Shown piece after piece: positions 48,812 through 58,964 of a DNA stretch of 64,000 nt (within the stretch, counting starts at the first letter, position 1; the number at the start of each line of letters is the position of its first letter). A model generated the notes under the pieces. The model worked only from the letters and a program-made list of their open reading frames with translations, searched no databases and was not told where the DNA came from. Where the stretch lies: NCBI RefSeq assembly GCF_021246445.1, contig NZ_JAJQXW010000001.1:1506168-1570167 (forward strand), written 5' to 3'. The stretch is from Rhabdothermincola salaria. GTDB taxonomy: Bacteria > Actinomycetota > Acidimicrobiia > Acidimicrobiales > Acidimicrobilacustridaceae. Both the position numbers and the translations under genes were made by a program.

Positions 48812-49882
48812 TCAGCCGTGCTGCGCCGCCACCGCCGCGATGCCGGCGGCGAAGCGGTCGACGTCGTCGATGGTGGTGGCGAAGCTGGTCATGGCGCGGA
48901 TCTCGTGACGGGCCGGTTCCCACTCCCACACGAACGACCACGCCTGCAGCTCGGCCACCGCGGCCGCCGACGGCAGCTGCACGAACGTGGCGTTCACGTC
49001 CGGCGTGCCGGTCACCTGGACCCCCTGGACCCCGTCGAGACGGTCGGCCAGGCGCCGGGCCATGGCGTTGGCGTGCCCCGCGGTGCGCAACCAGAGGTCG
49101 TCGGCCAGCAGGGCCTCGAACTGGGCGCCGAGGAAGCGCATCTTGGAGGCCAACTGAGTGGTCTGCTTGCGCACGAAGGGCAGCACCCGGGCCACCGCCG
49201 GCTCGAGCACCACGACGGCGTCGCCGTACATCAGGCCGTTCTTGGTGCCGCCGAAGCTGACCACGTCGACCCCGGCATCGGTGGTGAACGAGCGCAGATC
49301 CCCGTCGAGCGCGGCGGCGGCGTTGGCGATCCGGGCCCCGTCGAGGTGCACGTGCAGGCCGTGGTCGTGGGCCACCTCGGCCACCGCGGCGATCTCGTCG
49401 GGCCGGTAGAGGGTGCCTCGCTCGGTGGACTGGGTGATCGACACGACGCCGGGCTGGGCGTGGTGCTGGTTGCCGAGCGCGTACAGCACGGCGAGCACGT
49501 CGTCGGGGCGGAGCTTGCCGTCGGGCGTGGGCACCGTGAGCAGCTTCGAGCCAGTGAAGCGCTCCGGGGCGCCGCCCTCGTCGACGGCGATGTGGGCCTC
49601 TTCGGCGCAGATCACCGCCTCGCCGGGCCCCAACAGGCAGGCCAACCCCACGACGTTGGCCCCGGTCCCTCCCCAGCACAGCGCCACGGCGGCCGCGCCC
49701 CCGAAGAGGTCGGCCAGCGCCGACTCCGCCCGGGTCGTCCAGGGGTCCTCGCCGTAGGCGAGGGCGCACCCCTCGTTGGCCGCCACCATGGCGTCGAGGA
49801 CCTCGGGCAGGACCCCTGCGGCGTTGTCGCTGGCGAACGAGCACTGCGGGGCCGGCGGCATCGACAGCGAGCCGGCGTTCAC
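48812..49882 (-). CDS. ltaE: Low-specificity L-threonine aldolase
   Basis: FASDN, YGEDPWT, GTGAN, HLDGARIANA and SFGGTKNG (PLP Lys). Start could be ATG 49861. Confidence 0.88.
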   Translation of the reverse strand: MNAGSLSMPPAPQCSFASDNAAGVLPEVLDAMVAANEGCALAYGEDPWTTRAESALADLFGGAAAVALCWGGTGANVVGLACLLGPGEAVICAEEAHIAVDEGGAPERFTGSKLLTVPTPDGKLRPDDVLAVLYALGNQHHAQPGVVSITQSTERGTLYRPDEIAAVAEVAHDHGLHVHLDGARIANAAAALDGDLRSFTTDAGVDVVSFGGTKNGLMYGDAVVVLEPAVARVLPFVRKQTTQLASKMRFLGAQFEALLADDLWLRTAGHANAMARRLADRLDGVQGVQVTGTPDVNATFVQLPSAAAVAELQAWSFVWEWEPARHEIRAMTSFATTIDDVDRFAAGIAAVAAQHG

Positions 49883-51165
49883 CTGAGGTAGCCCAGCGTG
49901 CGGGCCTCGGCCGACAGCTCGTCGCGGAACTTCGGGTGGGCGATGGCGATGAGGCGCTCTGCTCGCACCGAGACCGGTTGACCGTGCAGCTCGGCCACCC
50001 CGTACTCGGTGACGACGTTGTCGATCGTGTTCTTGTGGGTGGTGATGACCGCCCCCTCGCCGAGGCGGACCTTGATCCTGCTCACCGACTCGTCCCTGGT
50101 GGTGGAATGCAACGCCAGGAAACCCATGCCGTGAGGGGAGAACATCGCCCCCTTGGCGAAGTCGGCCTGCCCCCCCGACCCCGACCACATGCGCCCGCGG
50201 ATCATCTCGGAGTTGGCCTGTCCCATCACGTCCACCTCCACGGTGGCGTTGATCGACACGAAGGCCCGCTCACGTCCGATCACCCGAGGATCGTTGACCC
50301 AGTCGACGGGGAGGAACTCGGCGGCCGCGTTGTCGTCGATGAAGTCGTAGAACGCCCGGGTGCCCAGGGCGAAGGTGGTGACCATCTTGCCCGGGCGGGT
50401 GGTCTTGCCGGTGCCGGTGATGACACCGGCCATGAACAGCTCGGCGATGGCGTCGGAGAGCAGCTCGGTGTGCACCCCGAGGTCGCGGTGGTTGCCGAGG
50501 GCGCTCAACGCCGCGGCCGGGATGGAGCCGATGCCGACCTGGATGGTGGCCCCGTCGGGGACCCGCTCGGCGATGAGCTCACCGATGATGCGGTCCTTCT
50601 CGCTGACCCGGGGTGACGGGCTCTCGGCCAGGGGGTAGTCGGCCTCCACCCAACCGGCGACCTGCGAGACGTGGATGGTGTTCTCGCCGCGGGTGCGCGG
50701 CATGTGGGGGTTGGCCTCGAGGAAGAACGGGGCCTTGCCGATGAAGCGGGCCACGTAGTCGGCATTGGTGCCGAGCGAGAAGTACCCGTGGCGATCGGGC
50801 GGAGAGGCGGCGGCGGCGATGATGGGCGCTCGCGTGACGTAGCTCAGGATGTGCGGCATCTCCGAGAAGTGGACCGGCGTGAAGTCCAAACCCCCTTCGT
50901 GGAAGGCGGGCCGCGTGATCTCGGAGAGGAAGTAGGCCACGTGGCGCAGGCCGGGATAGACGCCGTGGAGGTAGGGGCGATCGTGCAAGGAGTGCATCTG
51001 GTGCACCCGCACTCCCTCGAGGTCGGGGCCGGCGGCATCGACTGCGGTCATCACGGTGTCGGGTTCGCCGTTGGCGAGCGGCACGATGACGTCGGTGTGG
51101 GCACCGAGGTGCTCGACGATCGCCGAGGGGTCCGAGCAGCGGGTGCGGCGGAGGGCTTCGTTCAC
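49879..51165 (-). CDS. Acetyl-CoA hydrolase/4-hydroxybutyrate CoA-transferase family protein
   Basis: QVGIGSIP, LGVHTE, GSGGQADF and VVTEYGVAEL motifs. Confidence 0.92.
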   Translation of the reverse strand: MNEALRRTRCSDPSAIVEHLGAHTDVIVPLANGEPDTVMTAVDAAGPDLEGVRVHQMHSLHDRPYLHGVYPGLRHVAYFLSEITRPAFHEGGLDFTPVHFSEMPHILSYVTRAPIIAAAASPPDRHGYFSLGTNADYVARFIGKAPFFLEANPHMPRTRGENTIHVSQVAGWVEADYPLAESPSPRVSEKDRIIGELIAERVPDGATIQVGIGSIPAAALSALGNHRDLGVHTELLSDAIAELFMAGVITGTGKTTRPGKMVTTFALGTRAFYDFIDDNAAAEFLPVDWVNDPRVIGRERAFVSINATVEVDVMGQANSEMIRGRMWSGSGGQADFAKGAMFSPHGMGFLALHSTTRDESVSRIKVRLGEGAVITTHKNTIDNVVTEYGVAELHGQPVSVRAERLIAIAHPKFRDELSAEARTLGYLR

Positions 51166-51316
51166 GAAGGTGGTCCTTTCCCGTCCGAGCAGACCCTAGC
51201 GACGCCCGACGGTGCCGCCGGAGGCCGGGAGGGCACGGACAGACGAACCACGAGCGAACGCTCGGTGACGAGGCGAACCCGATCTGATCCCGTGGGCTGA
51301 CGACGCGACCCGTGCG

Positions 51317-52105
51317 TCAGCGGGCGCTCGGTGAGTCCGAGACCAGGTTCTCGCCGAGCGGCGCTTCCTGGGACTCGGGTTCGGGCACGGCGTCGGCCGG
51401 GCTCAGGTAGCGCCACACCAGGCCGGCCACGACCGCCCCGACGATCGGCGCCAGCCAGAACAGCCAGAGCTGGCCGATGTACTCCCCGCCGGCGAACAGC
51501 GCCGGGCCGGTGGATCGGGCCGGGTTCACCGACGTGTTCGTGATCGGGATGCTGATCAGGTGGATGAGCGTCAGGGCCAGGCCGATCGCCAGCGGCCCGA
51601 AGCCGGCGGCGGCCCGCCGGCCGGTGGCGCCGAAGATCACGAACAGGAACCCGGCGGTCATCACCAGCTCCGTGAGCAGGGCGGGACCGAGCCCGTAGCC
51701 GCCGGGTGAGAGGTCGCCGTAGCCGTTGGCCGCGAGACCCTGCTCGGCGGCGTCGTACCCGCCGGGAGCACCCTTGGCGATCACCAACAGCACGCCGGCG
51801 GCGGCGATGGCCCCGATCAGCTGCACGATCACGTAGGGAAGGGCATCCTTGGCCTTGAAGCGCCCACCGGCCAGCAGCCCGAGCGTGACCGCCGGGTTGA
51901 AGTGGCCGCCCGAGATGTGCCCGACGGCGTAGGCCATGGTCAACACGGTGAGACCGAAGGCGAGCGAGACGCCCACCAGACCGATGCCCACGAACGGTTC
52001 GGAATCCCCGCCGAACGTGGCCGCCAGCACCGCGCTACCGCACCCTCCGAGCACCAACCAGAACGTGCCGATCGCTTCGACGGTCAGACGTCTGCCCATG
52101 TCCAT
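51317..52105 (-). CDS. aqpZ: Aquaporin Z
   Basis: [25 protein letters not shown] and [10 protein letters not shown] (two NPA motifs); GAAGGAG SD. Confidence 0.95.
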   Translation of the reverse strand: MDMGRRLTVEAIGTFWLVLGGCGSAVLAATFGGDSEPFVGIGLVGVSLAFGLTVLTMAYAVGHISGGHFNPAVTLGLLAGGRFKAKDALPYVIVQLIGAIAAAGVLLVIAKGAPGGYDAAEQGLAANGYGDLSPGGYGLGPALLTELVMTAGFLFVIFGATGRRAAAGFGPLAIGLALTLIHLISIPITNTSVNPARSTGPALFAGGEYIGQLWLFWLAPIVGAVVAGLVWRYLSPADAVPEPESQEAPLGENLVSDSPSAR

Positions 52106-52220
52106 GGTCACTCCTTCGTCCCTGAACCACCCCGGTCGAGCGATTCGGCGAAACGATATTCGACGAAGGATCTCCGAGGTCGGATCGGGGGGATGAGTTC
52201 CGACGGCCTCGTGGCAACCT

Positions 52221-53042
52221 GTGCAGGTGACCGTCTCGCTCCCCCCACCCGAGGACCTGAAGGCCCTGCTCACCCTCGACCCGGTGAAGCCCGACGCCTT
52301 CCTCGCCCCCACGGCCGACAACGGCTGGGGGCGCATCTACGGGGGCCAGGCCATCGCCCAGGGCTTGCGGGCCGCCGGCCACACGGTGGGCGACGGGCAG
52401 CTCCCCCACTCGCTGCACGCCTACTTCATCCGCGAAGGCGACGAGAAGGCTCCGGTCCTCTACGAGGTCGAGCGCATCCGCGACGGGCGCTCGTTCTCCA
52501 CCCGCCAGGTCGTGGCCTACCAGGCCGGCGGTGCCATCTCGACGCTCATCGCCAGCTTCCACCTGCCCGAGGAGTCCGAGGACGCCCAGCGTTCACACGT
52601 GCCCGCCGACGCCCCCGCCCCTCTCGACGTCCCGGCCGAGCCCACCGACCTCTTCTTCGAGACCCGCCCCACCCGCATCGACGCCGGCCCCGCCCGCTGG
52701 GCCTGGATGCGCGCCACCGAGGACCTCGGCGACGATCCCGCCCTGCACGCCTGCGCCCTGGCGTACCTGTCCGACGAGCACCTCCTCGGCGCCGCCCTGT
52801 CGGCCCACTCGGGCGCCAGGGACTGGGAGTCGCTGATGACCGCCAGCCTCGACCACGCCATCTGGTTCCACCGGCCCTTCCGGATCGACGACTGGGTGCT
52901 GTTCGACCTCCACGGCCACGGCAACGCCGACGCCCGGGCCTTCGCCACCTCCCTCGTCTTCGACGCGGCGGGCCGCCAGATCGCCACCGTCGCCCAGGAG
53001 GGCCTGGCTCGCGCCCGGCGACCGGCACCGGGCGCCCCGTGA
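52221..53042 (+). CDS. tesB: Acyl-CoA thioesterase II
   Basis: [36 protein letters not shown] and QEG motifs. Confidence 0.9.
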   Translation: MQVTVSLPPPEDLKALLTLDPVKPDAFLAPTADNGWGRIYGGQAIAQGLRAAGHTVGDGQLPHSLHAYFIREGDEKAPVLYEVERIRDGRSFSTRQVVAYQAGGAISTLIASFHLPEESEDAQRSHVPADAPAPLDVPAEPTDLFFETRPTRIDAGPARWAWMRATEDLGDDPALHACALAYLSDEHLLGAALSAHSGARDWESLMTASLDHAIWFHRPFRIDDWVLFDLHGHGNADARAFATSLVFDAAGRQIATVAQEGLARARRPAPGAP

Positions 53043-53118
53043 CCGGCGCCGCACGGGTCGGCGAGGGAGCGGATCAATGCACTCCCGCCGGGGCGCCACC
53101 TGTGTCATGGTCAAGGGG

Positions 53119-53802
53119 ATGACCGATCAGTGGGACATGCCGGCGGTGGGCCCCAGCACCAACCGAGCGGGAGAGTTCGACCCCTTCGCGCGCTGGGCCC
53201 CGTACGGCGACTTCGACGACGAGGACCCGCTGATCCCGGGCACCGAACGTCCCGAGTTCCTGCCCCCCACCGACGGCCCCATCGAGCTCGAGCGCACCTT
53301 CGCCTTCGTCGACATCTGCGGGTTCACCGCGTTCACCGAGGAGCACGGCCCCCGACGCTCGATCGCCATGCTCAAGACCTTCCGCAGCCTGGTCAAGGAG
53401 ATCGCCGGCCGACGTGGCATCCGAGTGGCCAAGTGGCTGGGCGACGGCGCCCTGCTCGTCGGCGTGCTCCCCGGTCCCACGGTCGCCACCGTCTCCGAGC
53501 TCACCGGCCGCTTCGAGACCCTCGCCAGCGACCTGCGCGCCGGGGTGGCGTCGGGCACGGCCCTGCTCTTCGACGGCGACGACTACATCGGCCGACCGGT
53601 GAACCTGGCCGCTCGCCTGTGCGACGAGGCCGGCCCCGGCGAGCTGCTGGCCGACAACGAGTCGCTCCGAGGCCAGCCCGACTGGGTGCAGGCCGGTCGC
53701 AGCCGCATGGTCGAGGTGCGAGGCGTCGGGGCCGTCGAGGTGCGGCCCCTGCGGCCGGCCTACGACGTGGAGTTCCCGCCCGAGCCCGCCAGCGAGTTCT
53801 GA
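53119..53802 (+). CDS. Small class III adenylate/guanylate cyclase
   Basis: FVDICGFT, KWLGDG and DDYIGRPVNLAARL motifs. Confidence 0.85.
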   Translation: MTDQWDMPAVGPSTNRAGEFDPFARWAPYGDFDDEDPLIPGTERPEFLPPTDGPIELERTFAFVDICGFTAFTEEHGPRRSIAMLKTFRSLVKEIAGRRGIRVAKWLGDGALLVGVLPGPTVATVSELTGRFETLASDLRAGVASGTALLFDGDDYIGRPVNLAARLCDEAGPGELLADNESLRGQPDWVQAGRSRMVEVRGVGAVEVRPLRPAYDVEFPPEPASEF

Positions 53803-53876
53803 CCAGCGCCTGCTCGTCGGCTTTGGGAGAGCCGGCTCCAGCTCGCTATGCTCTCCCGGCTGGCGTGCAGCAACTC

Positions 53877-53952
53877 GCCCCCATCGTCTAGCGGCCTAGG
53901 ACACCACCCTCTCAAGGTGGCGGCACGGGTTCGAATCCCGTTGGGGGTGCCA
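53877..53952 (+). tRNA. tRNA-Glu (anticodon CTC)
   Basis: GCCCCCA/TGGGGGT acceptor stem, CCACC-CTCTCAA-GGTGG anticodon arm, GGTTCGAATCC T arm and encoded CCA; TATGCT -10 upstream. Confidence 0.97.
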
Positions 53953-53958
53953 ACCACT

Positions 53959-54003
53959 GAGCCCCTGGTGAGCGCACCGAGCTGGTGCACCGACCGGGGG
54001 CTC
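53959..54003 (+). terminator. Hairpin downstream of the tRNA
   Basis: GAGCCCCTGGT...GCACC-GAGCT-GGTGC...ACCGGGGGCTC. Confidence 0.6.
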
Positions 54004-54171
54004 CGTGCGTTCTCGGGCCCACTCGGGATGCCGGTGGCCTCCCCGGCGCACCACTGCAGGTCTGCGTTGCGCCCAGCCGTGATGGTGGTGGCGACCTCTC
54101 CGCATCCGGCGGCGGGCACCGCCGAGCGGCGTGGTCGGCGCCGGCCCGCATCCGTGGCACAGTGCTGCGCC

Positions 54172-55284
54172 ATGACCGTGCTGACCTTCGTCGTGCTGGC
54201 CCTGGGCGTGGTCTGCCTGGTGGCCGGGGCCGAAGGTCTGGTCAAGGGCGCGGCGTCCATCGCCAGCCGCTTCGGCATCGCCCCGGTGATCATCGGTCTC
54301 ACGATCGTGGCCTTCGGGACCAGCGCCCCGGAGCTGGCCGTGAGCGTCGGCGCCGCCGCCGGCGGCAAGGGCGACGTGGCCCTGGGCAACGTCCTCGGGT
54401 CCAACATCTCCAACATCTTGTTGATCCTGGGTGCCGCCGCCGCCATCGGAGGACTGGTGGTGTCCCAGCGCATCATCCGCCTCGACGTGCCGATCCTCAT
54501 CGGTGTCTCGACCCTCGTGCTGCTGCTCTCGCTCGACAACCGCATCGGTCGCATCGAGGGGCTGATCCTGGTGGCGGGGGTCATCGCCTACACGTTCTGG
54601 TTGATCCGAGGGGCCCGCAAGAGCGACGAACCCGACGTCGACGCCGAGTACGACGAGTCGCTGGAAGCGCTCGAGGGGGCCATCATCGAGCGTCCGCTCT
54701 ACGTCCAGGTCCTCCTCGTGCTGGCGGGCCTGGTCCTGCTGGTCGCCGGTTCGCAGCTGCTCGTGGGGGCGGCCACCGACATCGCCGAGGCGGTCGGCCT
54801 GAGCGACCTGGTGATCGGTCTCACGGTGGTGGCCATCGGCACCTCGCTCCCCGAGCTGGCCACCTCGGTGCTGGCCGCCATGCGGGGCGAGCGCGACATC
54901 GCCGTCGGCAACGTCGTCGGCTCCAACCTGTTCAACCTGTTGCTCGTGCTGGGGACGACGGCGATCGTGTCGAGCGACGGCATCGCCGTGAGCGACGCCG
55001 CCCTGCGCCTCGACTTCCCGGTGATGCTGGCGGCCACGTTCGTGCTGTTGCCCATCTTGTGGACCGGCTTCGCGATCCGCCGCTGGGAGGGCATCGTCCT
55101 CATGGCCTTCTACGTCGCCTACATCACCTACCTGGTGCTCGACTCGAGCGACCACGACGCGGCCGACGTGGTGGGCCCGGCGGTGCTGCTCGTGACCCCG
55201 CTGGTGCTGCTCACCTTCTCGGTGCTGGGCTTCCAGGCGTGGCGACGGCACCGGGCCCGCCTCGCCGACTCACAGGCGGGCTGA
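54172..55284 (+). CDS. Calcium/sodium antiporter (CaCA, YrbG-like)
   Basis: Two alpha repeats, GTSAPEL..GNVLGSN and GTSLPEL..GNVVGSN. Confidence 0.93.
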   Translation: MTVLTFVVLALGVVCLVAGAEGLVKGAASIASRFGIAPVIIGLTIVAFGTSAPELAVSVGAAAGGKGDVALGNVLGSNISNILLILGAAAAIGGLVVSQRIIRLDVPILIGVSTLVLLLSLDNRIGRIEGLILVAGVIAYTFWLIRGARKSDEPDVDAEYDESLEALEGAIIERPLYVQVLLVLAGLVLLVAGSQLLVGAATDIAEAVGLSDLVIGLTVVAIGTSLPELATSVLAAMRGERDIAVGNVVGSNLFNLLLVLGTTAIVSSDGIAVSDAALRLDFPVMLAATFVLLPILWTGFAIRRWEGIVLMAFYVAYITYLVLDSSDHDAADVVGPAVLLVTPLVLLTFSVLGFQAWRRHRARLADSQAG

Positions 55285-55331
55285 GCCGACCCGGTCCGTC
55301 GGGCCCGGTCGCCCGGGCCCGGAGGCACCGG

Positions 55332-55568
55332 TCACTCGTCGTCGGCGACCTCGCGAGCGTCCTCGACCGTGGCCATGTCGCCGTCGGGGTCGGTGCCCTC
55401 GACGCTCTCGCCGTGCGCCTTCTGCACGGCCACCTTGGCGTCGTCGACATCGACGTCGTCGGCCCGGTCGGCGACCGCTTCGGCCTCGGCGTCACGGTCG
55501 CCGGTGGCGGCGTGGAGCTTCTGGCGCAGCGTGGGCTCGTCGTGCTCGCCGTCGGTGTGGTCGCTCAC
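55332..55568 (-). CDS. Small acidic hypothetical protein (78 aa)
   Basis: GAGGAG SD before the GTG; GC3-biased codons; fills the intergenic gap. Confidence 0.65.
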   Translation of the reverse strand: MSDHTDGEHDEPTLRQKLHAATGDRDAEAEAVADRADDVDVDDAKVAVQKAHGESVEGTDPDGDMATVEDAREVADDE

Positions 55569-55683
55569 GTCGTCTCCTCGGTCTCGGGGTCTTCTCTCGG
55601 CGTCCAGCATGGGCCGACGGGCGGCGATTCGCCACCCGGACGACTTTCAGATCCCTCACAGATCGCCCGCTACCCTTCCGCCC

Positions 55684-56739
55684 ATGCTGAGCACCATCAT
55701 CTCCACCCCCCGAACGCGACGCACGCGTGGCGCCCTCTTCGCCTCGGCGACCGTGACCACCGCGCTGCTGCTGGCGGCCTGTGGCGGCGGTGACGACGAC
55801 GCCGAGGTCGTCGAGTCGTCCAGCACCACCGAGGCCGAAGCCACCACCACCACCGCCTCGGGTTCGATCGACGCCCTCCCCAGCGGCGTGGAGGTCGACA
55901 CCACCGTCTGGTTCGGAGCCTTCGAGATCGGCCTGGCTGATCCTGCCCTCGAAGAAGTCACCCCGGACAACCCCGAGCTCACGATCGATGTGCAGGTCGA
56001 GAACCTGTCCGAGCGGAACCAGACCCTGCGAGCGAACCAGGTCCAGCTCTGGGTGGGCGACGAGCAGACCATCCCGGCCGACTACGACGGTGGAAGCGTG
56101 CCCGGCCTCGGCCGCAGCACCGGGACGCTCTCGTTCGACCTCAGCCGAGTGGAACCCGACATCGATCTGGCCGACGCCGAGATCCGTTTCGGGACCGACG
56201 CCGTGAACCAGGCGATCGTCCCCCTCGATGGCGACGACGTCGTCACCCTCGAGCCGGCCGTGATCGACATGGGCGAGACGGCGGTCGCCGGAGTGTTCAC
56301 CTTCGACGTGGTGGAGGTGACCGTCCAGTACAACGAGGTGACCCGCAATCAGCCGCTGGACGCCGGTGAAGCCCTGCTCGTCTTCGGATACGACGTCACC
56401 CTGGCGGCGCAGGACACCACCACCCAGACCGTCCGCTCCAACCAGTGGCGGCTGACCCTGCCGGACGGGACCGACGTCGGCCAGAGCCTCGACGACGGGC
56501 CCGGCAGCCTCCAGACCGGGACCACCGCGCGGGACAACCTGATCGGCTTCGTCGCCGACGACTTCGGCCCCGGCGACTACGTCCTGACCCTCACCGGTCT
56601 GAACGCCGACCGCGACCCGGTCGAGGCCCAGCTGACCGTCTCCATCAGCGAGGCGGATCTGAGCGACTCGGGCTCCTCGTCGGACGAAGACGACGAAGAC
56701 GACGAGTCCGACGACACGACCACGACGACCGAGAGCTGA
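55684..56739 (+). CDS. Lipoprotein with two beta-sandwich (DUF4352-like) domains
   Basis: Lipobox LAAC, Ser/Thr linker and beta-rich repeats; leaderless TACCCT -10. Confidence 0.7.
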   Translation: MLSTIISTPRTRRTRGALFASATVTTALLLAACGGGDDDAEVVESSSTTEAEATTTTASGSIDALPSGVEVDTTVWFGAFEIGLADPALEEVTPDNPELTIDVQVENLSERNQTLRANQVQLWVGDEQTIPADYDGGSVPGLGRSTGTLSFDLSRVEPDIDLADAEIRFGTDAVNQAIVPLDGDDVVTLEPAVIDMGETAVAGVFTFDVVEVTVQYNEVTRNQPLDAGEALLVFGYDVTLAAQDTTTQTVRSNQWRLTLPDGTDVGQSLDDGPGSLQTGTTARDNLIGFVADDFGPGDYVLTLTGLNADRDPVEAQLTVSISEADLSDSGSSSDEDDEDDESDDTTTTTES

Positions 56740-56776
56740 GCCGGATCTCGGGATCCGGGCCGCGACAGCTCTTGTC

Positions 56777-57460
56777 TCAGCGGCCGGACGCGGTGGCCAC
56801 GATGGTGACGAGGTCGACCATCGTGGCCACCAGCGCGTCGGGATCTCCGGGCTCGATCGGGGCCAGGGCCCGGTAGATGCACAGCGCCGGGACCATCTCG
56901 ACCAGGAGCTCGAGCTGGGGGTGGTCCGCTCCCAGGATCGCCACCAGTTCGGCGCGGACGCGGTCGTGGAGCGGGTCGATGACGCCGACGCGCAGCGACT
57001 CGGCCAGCTCGGCATCGTCGCGGATGGCGGTGAGCAGCCCGGGGAGGAACTCGCCCCTGGTGCCGAGGGTGCCGCCCGCCACCAGGCCGGCGATGTGGGC
57101 CAGCACCTCGAGCGGTTCGCCCTCCCCCGGCCGTTCGAACGTCTGGTTCTTCACCCGGAGGGCGTCGACCAGCAGGGCCTGCTTGGTGGGCCAGCGGCGG
57201 TAGAGGGTGGCCAGGCCCACCCCGGCCCGCGACGCGATGTCCTGGACGCGCAGCTGGTCGTAGCCCACCTCGTCGAACAGGTCCCCGGCGGCCTGCAGGA
57301 TCGCGTCGGTGCGGTCGGCGGCCAGCGGACGGCCGCGTCCGCGCACCATCGGGGTCGGGTCGTCGCCGGTGGCCGCGTCGACGTCGACGCCGGAGAGGTC
57401 GACGCCGGAGAGGTCGATGGGGCCGGAGGCCGGCTCGGCGCTGGTGGTGGAGTCCGCCAC
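56777..57460 (-). CDS. TetR/AcrR regulator
   Basis: RGRP..ILQAA..IASRAGVGLATLYRRWPTK; divergent from the P450. Confidence 0.9.
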   Translation of the reverse strand: MADSTTSAEPASGPIDLSGVDLSGVDVDAATGDDPTPMVRGRGRPLAADRTDAILQAAGDLFDEVGYDQLRVQDIASRAGVGLATLYRRWPTKQALLVDALRVKNQTFERPGEGEPLEVLAHIAGLVAGGTLGTRGEFLPGLLTAIRDDAELAESLRVGVIDPLHDRVRAELVAILGADHPQLELLVEMVPALCIYRALAPIEPGDPDALVATMVDLVTIVATASGR

Positions 57461-57484
57461 GCCGGGTACTCTACGGCACCGAAC

Positions 57485-57514
57485 GATTTACGGAAGGCTT
57501 GACTTCCGTAAATC
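57485..57514. promoter_or_regulatory. Perfect inverted repeat, probable TetR operator
   Basis: GATTTACGGAAG-GCTTGA-CTTCCGTAAATC, overlapping a TTGACT -35-like hexamer. Confidence 0.75.
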
Positions 57515-57584
57515 CACCGGGCAGCATGTGACGCACGACCGCCACGCCGGCATCCGATCTCCAACCGTCCCATCAGGGGGAACC

Positions 57585-58853
57585 ATGCGAACCGTCGTAC
57601 CCGAGGGCATCGACCTGCTCGACCTCGATCGCTTCCGAGACCTCGAGCACCACGAGATGTTCAAGCGCCTCCGCCAGGAGGCACCTGTGGCCTGGCAGGA
57701 GCACAACCTGCCCCGCGCCGCCGGCTTCTGGAACATCGTCTCGCACAAGGACCTCATCACGGTCAACCGCGACACCGGCCTGTACTCCTCGGAGATCGGC
57801 GGCATCTCGATCCTGACCCCGGAGGAGTACGAGACCTCCTCGGGCACCGACCCGCGCGGCCTGATGATGCTCTACATGGACCCGCCCAAGCACACGCGGT
57901 ACCGCCGCCTGGTGAACAAGGGCTTCACCCCCCGCATGGTCGGCCTCATCGAGCAGTACCTCGAGCACCGGGCCGTCCTGATCGTCGACAACATCATCGA
58001 GCGCGGCAGCTGCGACTTCGTCGAGGACCTGGCGTCCGAGCTCCCCCTGCAGGCCATCGCCGAGATCATGGGCGTCCCCCAGGAGGACCGCAAGCTCCTG
58101 TTCGACTGGTCCAACCGCATGATCGGCATCGACGACCCCGAGTACGCGGGTGAGGACGGCGCCGCCGCGTCGGGTGAGCTGTTCATGTACGTCAACGAGC
58201 TCGGCAAGCAGCGCCTCACCGATCCCCGCGACGACATCGTCACCAAGCTGTTGAACGCCGAGCTCGAGGGCGAGAAGCTCTCCGAGCTCGAGTTCGACAT
58301 GTTCATGATGCTGCTCACCGTGGCCGGCAACGAGACCACCCGCAACACCACCTCGTGGGGCATGTGGGCGCTCATGCAGAACCCCGACCAGTACCAGCTG
58401 CTGCGCAACGACATCGACGGCAAGCTCGACAACGCCATCGAAGAGATCCTGCGCTGGGCGACGCCGGTGTACCACTTCCGGCGCACCGCCACGGCCGACA
58501 CCGAGATCGGTGGCCAGCAGATCGCCGAAGGCGACAAGGTCGTGATGTGGCACATCTCGGCCGACCGCGACGAGGCAGTCTTCGACGACCCCTTCACCTT
58601 CGACATCGAGCGGCCCAACGCCCCCGAGCACATCGCCTTCGGCGGCGGCGGGCAGCACTTCTGCCTCGGCGCCAACCTGGCCCGCATGGAGCTCAAGCTC
58701 ATCTTCCGCGAGATCCTCGAGCGCATCCCGGACATGCAGCTCGCCGGCGACGTGCAGATGCTGCGCTCCAACTTCATCGGTGGGGTCAAGCACATGCCGG
58801 TGACCTACAGCACCGGCGCCCGGCGCAACCCGGCGCCGCTCGCCGCCGTCTGA
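57585..58853 (+). CDS. Cytochrome P450 (CYP125/CYP142-like)
   Basis: MDPPKHTRYR, VAGNETTRN, EEILRWATPV..FRRTAT and heme motif FGGGGQHFCLGANLA. Confidence 0.92.
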   Translation: MRTVVPEGIDLLDLDRFRDLEHHEMFKRLRQEAPVAWQEHNLPRAAGFWNIVSHKDLITVNRDTGLYSSEIGGISILTPEEYETSSGTDPRGLMMLYMDPPKHTRYRRLVNKGFTPRMVGLIEQYLEHRAVLIVDNIIERGSCDFVEDLASELPLQAIAEIMGVPQEDRKLLFDWSNRMIGIDDPEYAGEDGAAASGELFMYVNELGKQRLTDPRDDIVTKLLNAELEGEKLSELEFDMFMMLLTVAGNETTRNTTSWGMWALMQNPDQYQLLRNDIDGKLDNAIEEILRWATPVYHFRRTATADTEIGGQQIAEGDKVVMWHISADRDEAVFDDPFTFDIERPNAPEHIAFGGGGQHFCLGANLARMELKLIFREILERIPDMQLAGDVQMLRSNFIGGVKHMPVTYSTGARRNPAPLAAV

Positions 58854-58891
58854 GCCTCGCCGCGACGGCCCACTCTCCTTCTGGGGGAGCC

Positions 58892-58927
58892 CGACGGTGC
58901 CCCGCTCCTCGGAGCGGGGCACCGTCG
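58892..58927. terminator. Hairpin terminator between convergent genes
   Basis: CGACGGTGCCCCGCTCC-TC-GGAGCGGGGCACCGTCG. Confidence 0.8.
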
Positions 58928-58964
58928 CGTCCGGATGCGACGCCCGGCTCGTTCGCCGGGTCGT

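Noticed and set aside
51251..51264. CGAGCG-AA-CGCTCG palindrome upstream of the CoA-transferase gene
   Set aside because: A short GC-rich palindrome is expected by chance; it cannot be assigned.
52143..52168. AT-rich TTCGGCGAA-n6-TTCGACGAA repeat between aqpZ and tesB
   Set aside because: It may be an operator, but it is short and no cognate regulator is nearby, so support is insufficient.
53119..53802. Short cyclase as part of a Pycsar/CBASS-type defence system
   Set aside because: It has ATP-selecting residues (K, D) and no adjacent effector gene; its neighbours are tesB and a tRNA.
53877..54171. tRNA-Glu as a possible integration site for a genomic island
   Set aside because: No integrase, no duplicated tRNA 3' end that I could see, and no compositional shift; ordinary genes lie on both sides.
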